Shown piece by piece: positions 59,750 through 64,000 of a stretch of 64,000 nucleotides of DNA. The notes beneath the pieces are model-generated. The model did no database searches and had not been told where the DNA came from. It saw only the letters and a list, made by a program, of their open reading frames with translations. Position numbers and translations under genes: made by a program. Each line of letters begins with the position of its first letter. The first letter of the stretch is position 1. The DNA comes from Leptolyngbyaceae cyanobacterium (GTDB lineage: Bacteria > Cyanobacteriota > Cyanobacteriia > Phormidesmidales > Phormidesmidaceae), in contig CBDHHL010000056.1 of the NCBI GenBank assembly GCA_965263355.1, forward strand, positions 672,001 through 736,000. The letters run 5' to 3'.

Positions 59750-60583
59750 TTACACACGCTGACGTGAGAGTTTTTGCTCCAACTGTGTGATCAATATGCC
59801 AGGGAAACCAGGCTCCCGATATAAATGAGAGGGAATTTTATCCTTAATCTCGTCATGCAGCTTCGGCAGCTCGCTCCAGTGGCGTCCACATTGAAGATGA
59901 TGGGCCGTATGGTATCCCAAATTACAGGTAAAAAAGTTATACCACCGATCGGTAATGTTGTAAGTCGCTTGATAGGGATCTGGGTGATCTAACCCGGCAT
60001 GGTGATAGTAGGTTTTGTGGATAGTCATAAAGAACAATATGACCATCGGAATAATGAAAATAGTCAAGGCTTTGAGCCAGTTTATCCAAAGAAACAGCCC
60101 TAGAACCGATAGGGTCAACACAATATTTTGAATTAGCCTGTAGCGAGATTTTGGGTAACGTTTTCCCACATTGAATGCCGTTGGATAAGCCATCAGACCA
60201 ACCATAAAGGTATATTCCATCTGGGACATTACCTTACCCTCTGGGGTTTTCCAGGCAGATTCATCTTTAGACTGGTCCAGGTAATTGATATGGTGACCCA
60301 AGGTATGGTGTAAAACCCAGCCTTCACCAACAATTCCTGTCTGTAAGCCCATTATCAATTCGATCAGGCGGTTGGCCCAAGGACGGGTAAAAAAATTGCA
60401 GTGTTGGTGATTATGGTTCCAGCTGCAGATTAAGCCTTTAATAATAAGACTCGCGCTTACCCATAGAATCGGGACAACGATGGCAGTACTGAACAGAAAA
60501 ACGCCTAAATCAATTACAAAAATAAATAATATGACTGTAACAGGATAATAATCAATCCGGTTTCTGACCAGCGTTGTGCTCAT
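59750..60583 (-). CDS. Membrane di-iron fatty acid desaturase-family protein
   Basis: His boxes HNHQH, HHTLGHH, YHH, YHTAHH. Confidence 0.85.
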   Translation of the reverse strand: MSTTLVRNRIDYYPVTVILFIFVIDLGVFLFSTAIVVPILWVSASLIIKGLICSWNHNHQHCNFFTRPWANRLIELIMGLQTGIVGEGWVLHHTLGHHINYLDQSKDESAWKTPEGKVMSQMEYTFMVGLMAYPTAFNVGKRYPKSRYRLIQNIVLTLSVLGLFLWINWLKALTIFIIPMVILFFMTIHKTYYHHAGLDHPDPYQATYNITDRWYNFFTCNLGYHTAHHLQCGRHWSELPKLHDEIKDKIPSHLYREPGFPGILITQLEQKLSRQRV

Positions 60584-60703
60584 AGTTGGGCAGAGTTTTT
60601 AACAATGGTGACTTTAGTAGTCGTTTTTTCACTATACGGTCTCCGTCTGCCTAATAATTGAAGTCTGTATCACAAAGCGAAGCCATCAGAGCTTTAATCC
60701 GCC

Positions 60704-61429
60704 TTAGCCTGCCGTACCCCAAAGCAGCATTATCCCTAAAGCAATTAGCAACATAGATATCAGGTGCTTAAAACGTCGAGGTGAAATTCGTTGATTGAGG
60801 TAACGCCCTATGCCGACTCCGGCCAAAATCCCTGGAATACTCCAAAGGTAAAGACTGATGACCTGCTCGGTCCATGAACCTGCTAAGCCATGGCTAACGA
60901 GGATAGTAAGGGCGGTAGGCAGAAAATAGCCCTGGAGGGTTGCCTGAAATCGGGTTGGGGGCCACTGTTGCATGGTTCCATAGATGACGACAGGTGGACC
61001 GCTGGTGTTGTAAGCTCCCCCTAAAATGCCAGCAACAAAGCCAAAGCCGTAGCCCCAACTAGGGTAATGCAACTTTGGCAAGGGAGCATTGGTACAACGA
61101 TAGATGCCGAAAAGGATCAGCAGAATTCCTAACGCTCCGACTACTAATGGTTCGGGTACAGTGCGAATTAGTACAATGCCCAAGGGGACTCCTACAACGG
61201 TACCTAGAAATAACCGCCATGCTGGCCCGATAAAAATCTTTTTCCAGTTCAGCAGCACAATGCAAAAGGTGGCAGTGGTTGCCGCCAGGTTGAAGAGGGG
61301 GGCCGCTGTTTGCAGACCTAACACTGCTGTCAGCAAAGGCATGGATAGTAAGGCAGCGCCAAAACCAAAGGTGGCGGATGTTGCGATCGCGACAAACAGA
61401 ATAAGGGCGATCAAAAGGGGTAAGGGCAT
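60704..61429 (-). CDS. TauE/SafE sulfite exporter family protein
   Basis: GFG..L..MP, G..GG....GPP..IY, multiple TM helices. Confidence 0.9.
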   Translation of the reverse strand: MPLPLLIALILFVAIATSATFGFGAALLSMPLLTAVLGLQTAAPLFNLAATTATFCIVLLNWKKIFIGPAWRLFLGTVVGVPLGIVLIRTVPEPLVVGALGILLILFGIYRCTNAPLPKLHYPSWGYGFGFVAGILGGAYNTSGPPVVIYGTMQQWPPTRFQATLQGYFLPTALTILVSHGLAGSWTEQVISLYLWSIPGILAGVGIGRYLNQRISPRRFKHLISMLLIALGIMLLWGTAG

Positions 61430-61533
61430 TTGTGATACGGTACCGCGTTAATGGTCGAACGCATCTACCGTATCAGGCAAGGGGAGGATTTTAGGTAAGG
61501 AGAGAATGCGATCTCATTATCCAACTCATTGGT

Positions 61534-62127
61534 CTACTCTCCAGAGACTCTTCTAAGCACAAAAAAGAAGGGTTGAGGGGACTCTTTAAAGTCCATGAGT
61601 CCTAAAACCGTATTGTCATCTACTTTTCTAAAGACATCATTGATGGGAAGATAGTCATAAATCATGGTGGCGCTGACTTTGCCGCGATAGTCCATCATCC
61701 GCAGTCTGGCTTGACTTTGTTCTGTTTTTAATAGCGAATTAGTTAGACCCAGCAGGGGTTTCATCCATTCATTCTTAGTAACGGGTATTTTCAACGCCCA
61801 TTTCATGGCCATGGGTTTGGGTTCTACTTTAATAATCTCTCCTTGACCATCTAAAAACAACAACGGATGTACGGTCTCGGGGTCGACACAACCATCTAAA
61901 AACAACAACGGATGTACGGTCTCGGGGTCGACAAATTCTTTGCCGTACCAGTTGGAGGCTTCTAGTAGGCCATCCATGGGGTGGGCGGTGTGGAGGCCGG
62001 AGCCTTGCCAGCGGCCTTGCATAAAGCCTAGATTGACGGGGTCTAGGGAATCAAATAGCTGTAATGCTTTTTCAGTTGTTGTTTTGCCTGCTTGCAGGAT
62101 TGACTGGAGGCTTTCTAGGGTTTCCAT
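61534..62127 (-). CDS. GXWXG/DUF4334 protein with a 15-aa in-frame duplication
   Basis: GRWQG....HP.DG.L....WYGK.F; ARLR...RG..SATMIYD..PI.D.FR; VDPETVHPLLFLDG occurs twice. Confidence 0.88.
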   Translation of the reverse strand: METLESLQSILQAGKTTTEKALQLFDSLDPVNLGFMQGRWQGSGLHTAHPMDGLLEASNWYGKEFVDPETVHPLLFLDGCVDPETVHPLLFLDGQGEIIKVEPKPMAMKWALKIPVTKNEWMKPLLGLTNSLLKTEQSQARLRMMDYRGKVSATMIYDYLPINDVFRKVDDNTVLGLMDFKESPQPFFFVLRRVSGE

Positions 62128-62732
62128 TGGTGTTGTTTGGTGGTAACTACTCAGACAGCTAAATTGTTTTCTGGTGGATAAAGACAGCATATAATGAGCC
62201 TCCTCCATTCGACTAAAGGATTTGGACGTCTAATGAAGTGGTAGATTCCTGAGATTGTGTATCAAATCTCAGCGGCATAAAAGAATAGCTCCTCCAGAGA
62301 TTCGTCCGGAGGTGACGGTCTATTCACTTTGTATTCTTTTATTATAGAAGATCCTCAAAAGAACGTTCAGAAAACATTCCCCGACAAGGATACCTTCAGT
62401 AGGTAGAACTTCTTATTTATAGGAGTAAGTTTTGTGATGAGCATATTGCACTAGGTAGAGCCATATTTCCTGATCCACCAAGTTTTATACAGTTAGAGGG
62501 ATCCTCCAGACCTAGACAATTAATGTCATAGGCGAATCTTTCAACAACTGCTTAGCAAAAATAAAAGATATTTTTCTTATCAAAACTCCACAAGCTAATT
62601 TTTCTCTCCCATGATGAAGATATAGGCTAACGTATTTTCACTCGCTTCTCTGGCCTTAGTGATTTGACATTCACAAGTTCCTCAACTTTCTGAATTAATC
62701 TGGGAGCAGAACAAAAGTATTTCTGATAGTCT

Positions 62733-63233
62733 TTGGGATATCTACCGATGAGACACAATGTACAACCTAGGAATGCTACGTCTGGATTGCCTCGAATAGT
62801 ATTTTTTGGTGCCTTTCGTCTCAGCATGTTTTGGGATTTGCTGACCACCTTTTTGGGCACGTTGTTAATTTTGGATGGTACTCACTTTATTGCCATTGGT
62901 CTTAGTTTAGTGGGTACTCTGATTGCCTGGGCATTTAACTTTTTCACCTGGCCCATTTGGAATATCAAGGGAATTAAGTCGATCGAGCGATATTCGCTAA
63001 GGTTTGCCTTAATTTTGGCGATTGTTTTTGATTTTGTTACATCTTTTATTTGTAATGCCTCTTACGTTGCTTTAGGGCAATTTACATTTGGCCGATCCGT
63101 CATTTTTAATGAAATTTTCTCAATGCTAACACTTGATCAGTGCATTCTTATTTTTGTGCTGACGGTGTTCACTACGATTAGTCCAATGATGCTGCGGCGT
63201 ATACGATACGATAGCCCTAATTTTTTGGTATAA
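62733..63233 (+). CDS. Hypothetical membrane protein
   Basis: About four hydrophobic segments; start uncertain. Confidence 0.6.
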   Translation: MGYLPMRHNVQPRNATSGLPRIVFFGAFRLSMFWDLLTTFLGTLLILDGTHFIAIGLSLVGTLIAWAFNFFTWPIWNIKGIKSIERYSLRFALILAIVFDFVTSFICNASYVALGQFTFGRSVIFNEIFSMLTLDQCILIFVLTVFTTISPMMLRRIRYDSPNFLV

Positions 63234-63456
63234 AATTACTTCTCAATGCAATGTCTGTTAAAACCCTAGCTTTGATCAATTGACCCTTATTATGGACCCT
63301 TATTGATCCGACCTGTAGGAACAGGTTACCTACTGATTATGATTTGAATATTTATTCTATTTGATATCTTCTCACAAGTTCCTCAAGCTTCTGACATACA
63401 AAGTGAGTTACAGGAGGCTCCTGATTTACTATAGTTACTGTTGAGGAAGGACAATT

Positions 63457-64000
63457 ATGTTACTTGTGAAAGATATAATGACTAAGCCGGTTATTGTCGT
63501 TCGCAGCTCAGCTACGGTAGAAAATGCTATTTGGCTAATGCGAACTAAACGGGTAAGATCATTAATTGTAGAGGAGTTCTATGAACAAGGTCCCTATGGG
63601 ATCTTAACTGAACGAGATATTGTCTATAACGTTATTGCTAGGAGTAGGTCTCCTCATTTTGTTCGTGTACATCAAATTATGCGGCAGCCTTGTATTTGTA
63701 TGCCGATGAACGCCACATTAAAAGAGGCAGCCCAAATCTTCTCAGAGACTGGAATTCATCGGGCTCCTATAATTGAAAATGAACAACTTCTGGGAATTGT
63801 TTCATTAACGGATATTTTGATGAAGGGGTATCCAGGAGCCATATCTCGGGACGAACTATCCCAGCGAGTTAATACTGCCCTTCAACATACGCGTGTCATT
63901 GATGACAAAGATGCACAGATTCAACAAGAATGTGATATTGCCTGGCAGGTGTTTGAGGATATTCAATCAAATCCTGGAGTTAATAACCAGTTGATAGATG
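63457..64000 (+). CDS. CBS-pair protein with degenerate CP12-like C-terminus (runs off window)
   Basis: Manual translation: MLLVKDIMTKPV...YGILTERDIVY.V...IMRQPC...GIHRAPII...LLGIVSLTDIL...ECDIAWQVFED; RBS GAGGAAGG. Confidence 0.85.
   Translation, partial: MLLVKDIMTKPVIVVRSSATVENAIWLMRTKRVRSLIVEEFYEQGPYGILTERDIVYNVIARSRSPHFVRVHQIMRQPCICMPMNATLKEAAQIFSETGIHRAPIIENEQLLGIVSLTDILMKGYPGAISRDELSQRVNTALQHTRVIDDKDAQIQQECDIAWQVFEDIQSNPGVNNQLID

Noticed and set aside
1450..61388. Frequent GCGATCGC octamer
   Set aside because: Well-known cyanobacterial HIP1; used only as a taxonomic clue

Overview
Cyanobacterial chromosomal window, judged from frequent HIP1 GCGATCGC octamers and typical cyanobacterial genes (SphR/PhoB-like regulator, malQ, group-2 sigma factor, CBS-CP12). 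Housekeeping blocks flank an accessory centre. (i) 14-19 kb holds decayed toxin-antitoxin and GTPase genes. (ii) 19.7-33.3 kb holds two giant secreted phosphoesterase-type proteins with Pho-box-like promoters, separated by an antisense 2OG-Fe(II) oxygenase gene. (iii) 33.5-44.2 kb is an integron-cassette-like region with attC-like sites and no integrase in the window. Two RNA-guided or RNA-based mobile elements have hit these attC-like sites. One is a group IIC intron 3' remnant. The other is an intact-looking IS110 whose upstream non-coding end folds into one donor-matching hairpin plus TWO target-type hairpins with different guide segments, both spelling attC left halves; this is the most novel-looking feature. 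Also present are three copies of a MITE with 8-bp target duplications and a secreted YHS protein with 19 NPC(AA) repeats broken by two indels. All family calls come from motif recognition by eye; no searches were run.
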